64,000 nucleotides of DNA, taken from Raja brachyura (lineage: Eukaryota). Below the pieces are notes generated by a model. The model had not been told where the DNA came from. It did no database searches and worked only from the letters and a program-made list of their open reading frames with translations. A program made the position numbers and the translations under genes. The stretch is from contig OY740812.1 in assembly GCA_963514005.1 (NCBI GenBank), positions 2,046,001 to 2,110,000 of the forward strand. The letters are read 5' to 3'. The first letter of the stretch is position 1. Every line of letters starts with the position of its first letter. Shown here piece after piece: positions 11,700 through 24,187 of this stretch.

Positions 11700-12028
11700 A
11701 TGTGTGTTATAGATTATGTATGATATTATATATATGTGTGTGTGTTTGTGCGTATGTATTTATATATAATGTATTGATATATAAATATGTATATATTTAT
11801 AGGCGTGTATGCATATATCTATATATATAATATAATATATATTAATATATACATATATATATCAATTATATACACATATATACACATACATACATATGCA
11901 TATATATGTGTGTGTATGCGCGCATTATATATATATATATACTATAATATATATATAATGCGCGCACACACACACATATATATGCATATGTATGTATGTG
12001 TATATATGTGTATATAATATATATAACA
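11700..12028. repeat. AT/TG-rich low-complexity repeat including a long inverted repeat (11865-12018)
   Basis: Directly visible; adjacent to an N gap. Confidence 0.85.
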
Positions 12029-14718
12029 CATTGTTGTGGGGTGCGGAGCGGGAGGGGGGGGGGTCATAAGGGGAATGGGGAATAACGAGAGGTGCCCGCA
12101 TTATCGCCAATAGCCAACGTGAAGGACGTTGATAGGAAGCAACATCTGAGTCAAGGTCAATACCCCTCCCATCAGAACCGCTGACTCAAACTAACATTGG
12201 AAACCCGAGTCACTCCTTCAAACTCTTGTTGGGATGATCAGCCACTCCTCTTTGACATATTTCAATATTCTTGAAAACTTCAGCTAATAACAGCAGACCA
12301 CAACCTGGCTGCTCAACACCCGGCTTGAGATCTAACTATTTCTTTAGTTTATGTTTCATTCGCAAGAAGAAGGAGCGGAGGAACGAGGAAACCGGAGTGC
12401 GGGGCAAATAATTTATTAGAAATTAATAACTGTAGCCCAAAGTGAAACATCAAACAGGGTCTGGATTCCATGCCCTTGCCTGGAAACTGAACCCTTGCTG
12501 TTCCAGGTGCCCTAAAGTTAGAACTGAAGTTAAAACAAGTTGATATATTTACACGGGCATATTTGTATTTGGACTCAACATTTACCGAACCCGGTCCTCT
12601 CAGTTCCATGATTACATTTATACTTAAACGCCGTGCGCTTGGCAAGTGAGTCACAAGACGGGACCGACACGCCCAGGCACCCACATATCAGAACTCCAAT
12701 TGTTACGTCGGTTCATTTGCTGCCAATTTCAGTCATTGTAATCATGGGATGAAAACGCACACATTTCTCAAACAACGCGCAGAAATACACGCTGCAAATG
12801 TGACGCTGGGAGTATCTGCTGCATCCTCCGTCCTGCAAGTCCGATAAGAGCCACGAATAAATTAAAACATTTAACCCCCCCCCCCAACCCCTCCCCCACA
12901 AAAAAATACACCCAACTAAATATTTGGGGGGTTGTTGTTGGTAAATTTCCATCAACGGCGATGCCAGCGAAGAATGTTCCTTTTCATCCCAAAATATACC
13001 AGCAATTTGATTTTTAATTTCCTGCTACACCAAGACTCTCAGATGAAGGAAACCGCAGCGAGCTTTTGTGTATTCATAAGTAAAATATATTCACCTTTGG
13101 CTTTCGAGTAAAGCCACCTAGAACTCCAGCATTTCAGTTATTCTGTTTCTCCGGGGAACGGGCCCGCTTGCAGCATATCCAAGTCTGATTGGGTTTACAT
13201 GTGCATATGCGTTTTTAATTTATACAAAGAAATACATTTATAATTGCTCGTTAGCTAACATTCTTTCTGCGGCGCCCTTCCCTCGTTATATCCCCGGGTC
13301 GGGGATAGCTGTGCTGTCTTTCAAATGAGCCCACTTACTTCTTAAAAGTGAAACTAATTACTTTCTGCGGGGTTTATTGGTGCTATACAGTTTAGACATT
13401 TATCGACAGAATTTTAATCTATTGAAAGGAATATATTCGTGTAAAATAAAATCCCTAATTCGGTTATTTCCTTCATACATGCATGGTTATTGAATCCATG
13501 CAGTGTCATTAAAACAGGGATAAAATATCTATTTTTAATAAACGTATCCGTTCTCTCCAAAACTAATAATTCTGCACAATAACTTAAATTATGAATGTGG
13601 TAATTTTCGAGTGTGTGTGTTTAATATGTTCTGCTTCTTCTGATTTTATTTTCCTCGCGAACATATACTTCACAGTGCAGTAATGAAATTTTGGACACTG
13701 TACGTCTGCGGGATATTAAAGTTGAATTATAATTGCGAGTAATGGCGAAACACCCGATTTGTGAATGTCGCTTGTGCGGTTAGCGGGGTAACCTTGTGAA
13801 ATACGGAATGTGGTCTCTGTTGGAGATGGTGACATTGAGATTTTCTCTCGCCCCCCCCCCCCCCCCCCCCCCCCCCACACACATAGGCACAGTGTGAGGA
13901 TAGCGTTACTAAAGCCCCCCTAGACCTGTCCACTCCGACCTCGGTCCATCCGTTTCTAGTCCCCAAGGCCTCATCCAAGCGGGAGGATTAACTGGAAAGT
14001 AGCATCACGAACCATCGCCTGATGCTATAATGACTAGGATTGCCTGGCATAGGAATCTACTCCCCATCAGAGTTGTAATCAGAGAACTCTCCAATTCTGA
14101 AGCTTGTCAATTATTGGAAACATATTTAGCAAAAAGCACATCCATACTCGAAATTATAACCAAGCTCAAATCACCTTCACTATTATTTAGACAACCTTTC
14201 ACCGACCATGCGGGGTTACATAGATTTATTACCACAAATAAAATATAAAAATAACATAAAAACCATCATTCAATTCTCGTTATATGTTCACAACATTCTA
14301 TATGCTGTACATGCATGAATACATAGATATAAGGATGATTTGAACGGGAACTATCCATATACGTAAATGGTTATTTAACAAACGGTAGTTTTTATTTTCA
14401 AATATATACTTTATTGAGACTAAAAATGTGTATGCAACGCAAAAGTTGTGCAAAAACTCTTCACGCGTTCTCTTTCTTTTTGTTTTACCAAACAATAGTT
14501 TAATAAAGGTTCTAGGACGCTAGGTTTGGTAGAATTGACAAGTTAAAATATTCCACTTGGTGTGTTGAAAGCCCAGTCCCACTCGCCCCTCTGGTAGGTT
14601 ATACAGGGAGAGAACCTTCAGGACACGGGTGCCCTGTATGGAGGTATATATGCCAATGATGGCGATGGCAGGAACGCCACTCCTTGATGTAAGGGATTAA
14701 CTCGCATCTCTGACATCG

Positions 14719-15006
14719 AATAAAGGCACAGAGTGCTGGAGTAACTCAGCGGGTCAGGCAGCATCTGTGGAGAACATGGATAGGTGACGTTTCACAGAGT
14801 GCTGGAGTAACACAGCGGGTCAGGCAGCATCTGTGGAGAACATGGATAGGTGACGTTTCGTGTCTGATTCTTCTTGAAGAAGGGTCCCGATCCGAAACGT
14901 CACCTATCCATGTCCTGCACAGATAATGCCGAACCCGCCGAGTTACTCCAGCACTTTATGTCTTTTTTTTTGTGTCACCCAGCATCTGCAGTTCCTTATT
15001 TCTGCA
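14719..15006. mobile_element. Palindromic short repeat insertion with internal 66-bp tandem duplication and 13-bp TSD
   Basis: Units 14727-14792 and 14793-14858 differ by one mismatch, and the inverted arm runs 14894-14955. The TSD is atctctgacatcg (14706-14718) / atccctgacatcg (15007-15019). Confidence 0.85.
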
Positions 15007-15339
15007 ATCCCTGACATCGGATGCGCTCAATTCCGGGCATTTAGTTTAGGTGCCCGAAATGCAAAACAAACAAAATAGACGGAAAATAAAACGAGAGTTT
15101 GTGAACCTTAACTTTTTTATTGGAAGGTTTTGCCTGGAACTACAATACGGATCTTTTGTGGGGATGGAGTCATGGTCCATCCGCATGGAGGAATTGGGCA
15201 AAATGGCCAGTTTCCATGCTGTACAAGTCTAAGGTTTAAATTGATATGAGTATATTCACGTCTGGGAGAAGACCAGGATAAAATATAAAACAGTATGCAT
15301 TGACTAGTTGGGAAGAATGTCCTGCTACAAATAAACTAG

Positions 15340-15612
15340 TCTCTTGATGTGTGTACTGCCTTGGTGTAATCTCTTATCCCTACTTGTACTTAAGTATGAC
15401 TGTGCTTGTGTGTAGTAAGATTTTTACTGAATTTTATGCAATATCAAAAACAAGTATTTCACTGTATCTCGGCACATGTAACAATAAAGATGGGTTTGGA
15501 CCCGAAACGTCACCCATTCCTTCTCTCCAGAGTTGCTGCCTGTTCCGCTGAGTTACTCCAGCTTGTTGTGTCTATCTTCGGTTGAAACCAGCATCTGCAG
15601 TTCCTTCCTACA
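15340..15612 (+). mobile_element. LINE 3' tail (same family as 5160-5250) followed by a short dispersed repeat copy
   Basis: ttcactgtatctcggcacatgtaacaataaa, then gggtttggacccgaaacgtcacccattcc...gagttactccagc. Confidence 0.65.
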
Positions 15613-17323
15613 ACGTAGCATTGATGATATTTACATCCCAAATGGACCTCTACCGCCATATATTCCTTTCCCTCTTTTGTACTAATTTCTATTCAGCAAA
15701 TTTATCCTGGCAACCTCAGCTAAGACTTTGCCCGAGCCAATTACACGTTCTAACCTTTCTTTCGACTAGTAGATTTGTCCTTATTTCCCGATTGGATTTA
15801 TTAGCGACTGCCTTATGTTTATCCTTAATGGATATGCGAGAGGAACAAAACAAAAAAATGGTCACAACATTAATTTTAACAGCCGTATAAATATTTATGC
15901 AATTGGTCCCCACCAGAGCATGTGTTCACTTTATGCATAGTAAAAATAGCTGTGAACTTTATGGTCAGTTTTTTTTAATGTGTGCACTGAATTTGCAGAC
16001 GGTTGGGAAATATGCTTCATGAAATATCCAAAGAAAATAATGAACTTCCTATAAATGCGTCGCTTTAAGCTTTACAAACGCAAGGGACTGTTTATGACAA
16101 TGGAGACCCGAGGTTTCTTTGCTTTAGATGATGTCGCATTTAATGAACGGAAACTTTTTACTTTGTTTTAAAAGACTTATTTTCCCCTCCGTGCCTATCC
16201 CGTTGATGGAGAAGAAAGGCGTGAAGTTCACTTCGGTGTCAGATATTTCCGGGACCTTTTTTGGGGGGGTGGGGGGGGGGGGGGGGGGAGAAACTTCCCC
16301 AAACACATTTTTTTGTCTTCAATGAAGTCGAATGAAATTAATTACGACGCCAGGATTTGAGACGAGACGAATCCTTTAGCGAATGCTCTAAATGAGTTTG
16401 CGCTGGCGCTTTTCGATTTTTAAAATAATATAGAAATCATTTGCGATATTTATGCTTAAATTTCAGATGTTGTATTTTCGGCAGTAATTTCCCCTGCCCT
16501 TCTGTTTTTCATAATGTAATGAATAAGAATTTATGGCTGTAATAATGCATTGCTGGAGTAGTTCATCGCTGCTGTGTTATTACCGTAACGTCTTGTTTCT
16601 TTGATAGATGAGAACTAAGCTTTTGTGACCCCGGTACCAAAAAAAAATGCCAAATGAGAACATTCATTAATGCAATATAGATTCGTCTGAATGAGACTTT
16701 GCTACGAATATTTTATTGCTCCTGTGTTGAGTTAAATCAAATATTGATGGATTTTGATATAATATAGTGGATAATGTTTAAATAATTAAACTGATTGCAC
16801 ATCGCATAAACCAACTTTCTGGTAATTTGGAAAATAAAGCCTTTGGAAACTTCAAAAATTGCCTTCACCTTTTATTTAAGAAGTATATATTTGCCATTGT
16901 ACTGACACAATCCATCCGCTTTATTTCAGTGGGTATAAATGTTCATTTATTTTAAAGAAAAAAAGGTCCACTTTTCATTTTGACTGTAATATTCCCCTCT
17001 CCAAATTGGGAGGTTGCGACAGGCGTGGCTATCGCCTCCATAAACTGCTATTAACTATTCATGTATTCAGTGTAGATGCGACCTTTGACCTTTCCAAATC
17101 TAAATGAGACGCTATTTGCTCTGTATCTTGACATTTGCAAACTTTGTTAAATCAATTTTGAGGCCAGAATGGAATAGGGGGAGATTTTTGTTTTAGGGCT
17201 GCGATGCTCTCGGACGGCAGGGAGTGAAGAGAGAAGGGTCCTTCTGGTGTAAGGTTGACCCTAAGCGAGGAGTTACGAACGCTTAATCAAGAGTGACCCA
17301 GACTGCTGAATTAATTTTCGGCG

Positions 17324-17340
17324 TGAACTCTCCGTGAACC
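17324..17340 (-). promoter_or_regulatory. Hoxb1 3' DR5 retinoic acid response element
   Basis: GGTTCA cggag AGTTCA lies ~4.9 kb 3' of the HoxB1 stop. It matches the known Hoxb1 3' DR5 (GGTTCA tagag AGTTCA) in half-sites and position. Confidence 0.85.
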
Positions 17341-19658
17341 AAGGACTGGAGAAGGAGAACTGGCTTCTTGTGGCTGGCCCTAGGCAAACCTTTCAGCCTG
17401 AGTAAATATTGAACGAGTCCATCTGATGGCCGGAGTGAAATAGCCCTGTCAAGCAATTGTAAACTTAAAGCGGGGTAAAACCACAAGGAGCAGAACATTG
17501 TACTGCAACTTCCTCATTGTTTTTCACTGAGGTCAAACTCTCCTTCACCTGCTTGCGAAGTAAAAAGGAACGGAGGTGATCAGTAATTAAATTCAAAAAT
17601 AGGGGGAAAAAGCTGCCATGCGCTACCCTCTCTCCCAATCACTCAATAATTTTAATTCGCGTGTTTTATTTGGTGTGAAAACTTGTTAAAGAATATTGGT
17701 TACTGGCGTCACTCTGAAAGTTGAATCTGTGTTCTAAATGGAAGCAGACAATTTTAATAAAATGAAACACACATGAGATGTAGCAAAGACACATGGACTC
17801 CTGATGTGTGGGGGGTTATGTTGCCAAAATAACTCCGGTATTCTGCCCAGAATTTCCCTTCTCTCTCAATTTCCTCCGTTCAAAGACCCACTGAGTTACT
17901 CCAGCATTTTATGTCCTTTTATTTCTGTAAACCAACATCTGCATATCCCGGCGAACGCAGACTTATTCTCGTTATTTGTTTTGAATAATGGCGCGTTCCT
18001 TCCAACTGCATAATAATGTCCGCTCGGATTAGTTGCAATGTTGCAACCCTGAAAGGAAGGCGGAAAACAGAGAAATCCGTCTTTAGGCAGGTATGAAGTT
18101 GTTGGCCTCTGGGATAAATCCCCTTTGAATTCCCCCGCATGGCGATTATTTATTTGCCCCATTTCCCATTCCCCTCTGTGGAAGTTGCAGCAACCGAATT
18201 TGCGACCAATATCTGATGCAACATTTCAAGAACTCACATTTACAACAATAAGTCGGCAAAGTGTGAAGGTAAAGACGAGAAGGCCTTAATACCGTGGCAA
18301 AAGAGATGAAACACTGAAAGGTGACTAAACTTTTGCCCTGTTTGTGTTTTGTTCTTAAATTGGTTGTAGGAGCCTCTTTTATTTCCTGTTTTGTATTTGG
18401 CTCAAGATTCCAGCATCTTGTTGTCTCGGCATTTTTTGTTTTTTTTTAATTTGCGGGAGAAGGTACAAGCATTTGATTTTAAAACGCGTGAAGTCGCGGC
18501 CAATCCAGCTCCGAATTTGTAGAGGGTGAAATGCGAATGACAAAGGTTTGCTGGGAGTTCAAAGGGAGCCGGCATAAATTTTATGAACGCGGTTTCTCTT
18601 ACATCAAAAGGCATCACATCGCGCGGGTGAAAACCCCCACAAAACAAGTGCAATTAGCACAAACTCGTCAGCAGCAGATGGCTACATTCGATGTTCGCTA
18701 AGGACATGAGTTAGTCCCTTTGAAAACACTTTTACAAACAAAATTCCCGCAGCCATCAAGAACAAGGGACCCTGGAGCCTTATAGCCTTTTTATAAAAGT
18801 TCTGATTTCTCTGAAACTTTTCTGGTGGGCACTACAGTCATCTATTCATTTATATATTTACTTAATTGGGGAGGGAGGGGGGAGTGGTATTGGGCAGCAA
18901 GAATTGGTTCTAACTTTTACCAATCGCGGTCTCAAAATGTTCATTTTTTCCCATTTAAACGAAACCTGAAGGTACATTGAACACAAAAAAAAACGTGGCG
19001 TCACAACTGACGCAGTGGCAGTGGGAAAGTTGAGTACAAAGTTAACAAAATGTTGATGTAACAGACACGATATGTAAAAGAAAAGTGCTAAACGGAATGA
19101 CACGGTGATGTGGTCGGAGGGTGAAATCCTAGCAGCCTTGATATACAGTAAGGGTGGACAAAGGGACATGCGGTGGAGAGGCCGGGTTGTTTGCAACGAT
19201 TCCGGTAACAACAGCCCGATTTTAGTGGAAGCTGTACGTGCCTTTGTTGTGGACTGCGGCACAAGGCAAAGCAGATAGTGTTCCCTGGTCCCTTCATTGT
19301 TCCCCGGCATGGACATTCTATTGAAATGCATTCTTCATTGCATATGGTTGAGAACAGGATGCTGGTTGGGTCGAAGTTTGTACTATTCCTAAGCACACAT
19401 AGAAAGTCAACAGACGTTGGAATGAAAATGACTGGCATAGACAGATGATTTTGCATTAAACATTAAAAAAACCCCTGAAAACAAAAGTTACTTATTATCT
19501 CGCTACTCTCATGAATTGTCTCCCTGGTTTTAATCGTTTCTCCCTCGGCTTTTGAAGCGCCATTATATGTTTTCCTGCCACCACTGGAATATTTACTACA
19601 CTCGGGAAGAGAGGAAAATCATGCCACAGTTTGCAAAATGAATGGATTACCTACCACC

Positions 19659-19736
19659 CTCTCTCTCTCTCTCTCTCTCTCTGCCTCTCAAACACACACA
19701 CACTCATACACACACATAAACAAACACACATACACA
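19659..19736. repeat. (CT)n/(CA)n compound microsatellite
   Basis: Directly visible in the sequence. Confidence 0.85.
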
Positions 19737-20628
19737 CGTAGATATACATATAATATATTGATATTTATGATATATATATATATATCAATTTGTCTACTAG
19801 TTATATTCTACGCCGATCTCCGCATTAACAAAATTATCTAATTGAAATTTGGAAGACGACGTCATTATTGGTTGGAATTTTTCGAAAGATTGCTAATTTG
19901 CTTTGAAGCTGAGATATGAAATAATCCATTTGTATCTACGTTAAAAACACGATGCACTCTGTCAGAATCACCAGTTATGTGTTCGTGAGGATATTTGTAC
20001 GTAAGTATATGTTGATGTCATGTTGCTATTGAACACCTGATTAATACCTCCATACATGTGTACGCATGTATCTAATTCGCTGTCCGCGAGTATATGGATT
20101 TTGTGCAAATCAATCAGTGCATGAATGTGTGGCTGAGGAAAGGAAGACGTTTCCGTGTGAGATTCCATCCCTGTTTGGATGAGTATTATAATGATCATAA
20201 ACACAGTCCATTTAATGTAGTCACTATTTTTTTAGAATGCCTTGGTTGGCGCTTTTAATTCCGGCGCGGAGTTCTTTATCTCTTTCAGTCTCATCATAAT
20301 TTATTTAATGGGACAGTGGTTATGGTGGAAACATGGTTTGCTTTATCGATGCAATGTCCCTCATTCAAATCCACGTGAGAATTTAAAACTCGTATATCAA
20401 GTTGGAGAAATATCTTCTGTGAGATTACGTTTAAAACACCAGCCTTGATTCACGGTGTTAGTTGCGAACCCGTTTACTCCAAGCTGTGCCTCTCTCAGTC
20501 CACCCCGACCCCCCTCACACAAAACTTTTGCTATTGGTATGTGTGAGAGTCCCCCACCTGAGGTGGACAATGGTGTCATCTGCAAGAGGGTTTCTATTGA
20601 CTTGTTTGTTAATCCCAGAGGCGGTTGG

Positions 20629-20642
20629 AGGTAAAAAGGTCA
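20629..20642 (+). promoter_or_regulatory. Hoxb1 3' DR2 retinoic acid response element
   Basis: AGGTAA aa AGGTCA lies 1.6 kb 3' of the stop and is identical to the recalled vertebrate Hoxb1 3' DR2 RARE. Confidence 0.85.
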
Positions 20643-22223
20643 CTCGTGCATCCGGAGTTTGCTGTTGCATTCCTCGCTTCGCCTCGACGTTTGTTTTAAA
20701 GACATGGTAAAAAAAAAGGTACTTGGTTTATGTCGCTCACCAACGAGATTTTACTTTTGAAGAACCTCCCTTAACGTTCCAGCGTTTCTGTCTGTGACCA
20801 AATTAAACTTTTTCTGTTGTTGAAATTATCCACGTGTACAGACAGGGCGCTTTTATTTAACCCATTTGTCCTTGCGGGTGTATTTTAAAATTCTGCTTTC
20901 TAATGAGTTTTCCCAATATTAGGTCAATTTCACGTGCTGAAAGCAATCATTCCGTGAATTGGTTTATTTATGGGCTGCCAACAGACAGATTACCGGCAAT
21001 AGGCTGGACAAAGTGCAGGAACTATATAAAATAAAACATGCCTTGTTCAGTGCGTTGTAACTGACATTTGCAGCTTGATGGTAGTGTACAGACCCATCTC
21101 ATAAGGCTTGCATTACCTTGAGAAAGAAACGCAAGTGCAATAAAATACAAGTCGGAAGCATAGCATTATTATAATCAAATCGATTTTTATTAGAACGAGG
21201 TAGCTAAACACGGGGTTGAAAATTGGACATGTTGAGCTCGTTTGTGGGACTGCTGGCGAGTTGTGAGGCTGGGCGATAAACCTCAGCAAATGACCGAGCC
21301 ACAGCATCATCAGCGGAGGAGAACTCTTGCCGAGCCATGTATTTTCTGCTGGTGCCCTCGGGCAGTCATTTCCCACGAAAATTGTATTGTTCACTCCAGT
21401 GGTAACGACGAGAGGAAATCTTTGTGGATGCGCGTTGTCACCACGTTAAAAGACATTTCCGCTCCCGCGTTTGTGGCACCTTTGCCCACGTTGATACCTG
21501 CACCAAGTGATTGAAAGGTCAAACGAAGTCAGTTTCTGGACGATATTCGGCCGGGTTGCTAGGAAGGGCCCCGTTCCAGTTCCCAATTGAAGACAGATCA
21601 AACTTTTGCCAAAACATAGAATGACCATAACCTACTATGAAGTGAACGATGAAGATTAACAGTCGTCCGCTAACACTTAACCCCCTTCAGTCTTCAGTCA
21701 TTTCCTTAACCTAACATGTACTTTTTAAAAATTCATTAACCCTGTTACAGTATTAGTAGTGCAATCGCAAAATAGGTTTCACAGATCTTTTAAACGGTAC
21801 TTCTTGCCGCAGAATAAAGGTGTATTTTCCCGCTTTCCGATATATACAAAAAAAAATCATTTTGAAATCATGGCTCTTAAATACAAAAGAGACTGAAAAT
21901 CGCGCTTATACAGTAAGGCGCAATGAAGTCTCGTTCCCTGCAAAGTTAATAATAATAACTTAAGGCGGGTAGTCAGAACCACATAGTAAAATATATATTC
22001 ACAACCAGTTAGACAATATGTGGTCATACAACCGTCGGTATAGATATGTGAATCTGCCCCGAGTAAACAGGTGGAAAGTGCAATGCTAACTTTTTTTTGG
22101 TACTTTCCCTGAGTTGATTAAAACCTTGGCACAAAGACGGAAGGCAATTATCATTAGTGAACGGCAATGAAGGAAGTTGAGTCATGTTCCCCTTTGGTAT
22201 TGCTATTTCTGGGGTTGCCAGAG

Positions 22224-22555
22224 TTAGGAGGTGTGGATATTCTCCGATGTGGATGATCTGGGCGACGTGGACGGAGACGTGTCCGACCCATCCCCGGATT
22301 CCTTAGCAACGGAAATGGAAAAGTTGGGAGCGAATCCTTCTTTCTCTCGCTTCTTTTGCTTCATCCTGCGATTCTGAAACCAAATTTTGACCTGAGTCTC
22401 ATTCAACTCAAGCGTGGCAGCTATCTCTACTCTCCTGGCGCGGGTTAGATACTTGTTAAAGTGGAATTCCTTTTCCAGCTCAGTTAGTTGTTTCGTGGTG
22501 AAATTGGTTCGTATTGTGTTCGTCTGTCCAGCTAGTCCATAATCAGTGATTTTGG
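22224..22555 (-). CDS. HOXB1: HoxB1 exon 2 (homeodomain)
   Basis: Acceptor TTTCCAG|CC. Encodes [60 protein letters not shown] (PG1; [10 protein letters not shown] is B1-type). The spliced protein is 307 aa. Confidence 0.96.
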
Positions 22556-23323
22556 CTGGAAATGTGCAAAGGAAGACAATTACAGCGAGACAACTTGAGC
22601 ATTTCCAACCCCTTCCATACAACCAGCGCCATTAACCAACACACACACCAGCTATGTGTCCCAGGAAACATGAGATAGATCAGTGCGAGGCTTTTAGTCT
22701 AAATTCAACTCATCTTATTGAAGAAGACTTCGAACAATATATAACCCTTAATCGTCATAAACGAGAAAAAATAAATTTACGTCCCTCCTCTCCCGCCCCA
22801 CCCCCCACCCCCTCCCCCCTCCCCGGGCTATGCTGGGGGTTCCCTAAGTAAATATTGCCCCAGCTGTTCCAGTGAAGTGCCATTAAACCAACTCAAAGTG
22901 AAACTCCCCGCTTAAATAATAAATTGGTAATTTATATCCGAGATCATGTTTCACCGAATGGAAATCCACGAACAGGCCATCATCACACATTCCCCTTCAA
23001 GCTACAGTCCCGCCTTCCGTGAGATTTCCCTGCCATTTTCAGCTCAGTTTCATAAATTTGGAAACATCCTACCGTTTATCTCTTATTTAGACCAATTGAC
23101 TCCGGGAAAGGGGAGGAGCAAGAGGGCCATTGCAAAACGACCCCAATAAACATTGGGTGTTAACTTACAAGTCAAGATTCCTTTTCAAAAATATTTACAT
23201 TAAGCTTTTTTAATGTTTACAGTTTTAAATTGTGAAATTTCGAATCGTCTTTCAATTGGATTCCTGCCAGTCCCCTGAGTCACTCACGGGGAAATAAATG
23301 TTCTGACCGCTTCACACACTGAC

Positions 23324-23915
23324 CTGTTTTAGGAGGGTTTCTTTTCACTTTCATCCAGTCAAAGGTTTGGCCAGAGGAGGATGAATCTGAGGTGCATGAG
23401 GCTTCTTTTTCCCCCTCTTGTGATGGCGACAGATTAGCATAAGTTTCATACGCCAAGCCCTGTTGCTCATGGCCGTAAGAATGTTGATACTGACCCGTCC
23501 CCGAGGCCCCACAGTAACCGTCTGAAACTGGGTTGACACTGGCTCCTGCGTTGCCAGCGTACCCCGAGCTTTGAAAGTACGCCCCGTCCGACTCTTGGGT
23601 GAAAAAATAATGGTGATTGTAACCGGTGTTACAGGTTTGGGTGGCGAAGTTGTTGAGGCCTGGACTGGAGTATGGAGTCGTCAGGCTGCAATGATGCGAA
23701 TAACCCACTGGCTGGTGCTGATGTTGAAGTGTATTGTGCGCGCTTCCTCCAGCTAAGAACCGTCCATCACTATTGTAATTGTCAACGTTACCTGCACAAG
23801 GAGAGAAAGCTGTTATCCCTTGTTCTGAATGGTGGTAACCCTTGGATGAGTAGGCGCTTGTCCCGCGATTACAAATTGCGTACTCTAAGAAAGAGTTCAT
23901 CGTCGTATTGTCCAT
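23324..23915 (-). CDS. HOXB1: HoxB1 exon 1
   Basis: Starts MDNTTMNSFLEYAICNRG and contains the hexapeptide TFDWMKVKRNPPKT. The donor ACAG|GTCAGT is phase 1. Confidence 0.96.
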
Positions 23916-24040
23916 CTGCTAATGATGGACGGCCAACCTGTTCGGGATTCTCCCTGCCCCTGAAACCCCAAGCACTATGTCACCCGACAAACTTCCTCCA
24001 TGGCTCGCTAGTAATCAAACGATATCACTCAAGAGGACAT

Positions 24041-24065
24041 TCACGTGAACTCGGTTCACCAATGG
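24041..24065. promoter_or_regulatory. HoxB1 proximal E-box + CCAAT module
   Basis: TCACGTGA (24041-24048) and CCAAT (24059-24063), ~130 bp upstream of the ATG. Confidence 0.55.
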
Positions 24066-24102
24066 CAGGAGACCTCCCGATGTTAGTGAACTGCATGGGG
24101 TG

Positions 24103-24187
24103 ATCCATCACCGCGGTGACATTTACATCACAAAAGCCTTCAATCAAAGTTATCCGCATCAATCTGATGGCAACACTTAAATGTCAA
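24103..24187 (-). promoter_or_regulatory. Hoxb1 rhombomere-4 autoregulatory element (b1-ARE)
   Basis: The minus strand carries R1 AGATTGATG (24157-24165), R2 TGATTGAAG (24138-24146), a Sox/Oct-like CTTTTGTGATGTAAAT, R3 TGATGGAT (24103-24110) and TGACA Prep/Meis sites. The order is the same as in the mouse ARE. Confidence 0.9.
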
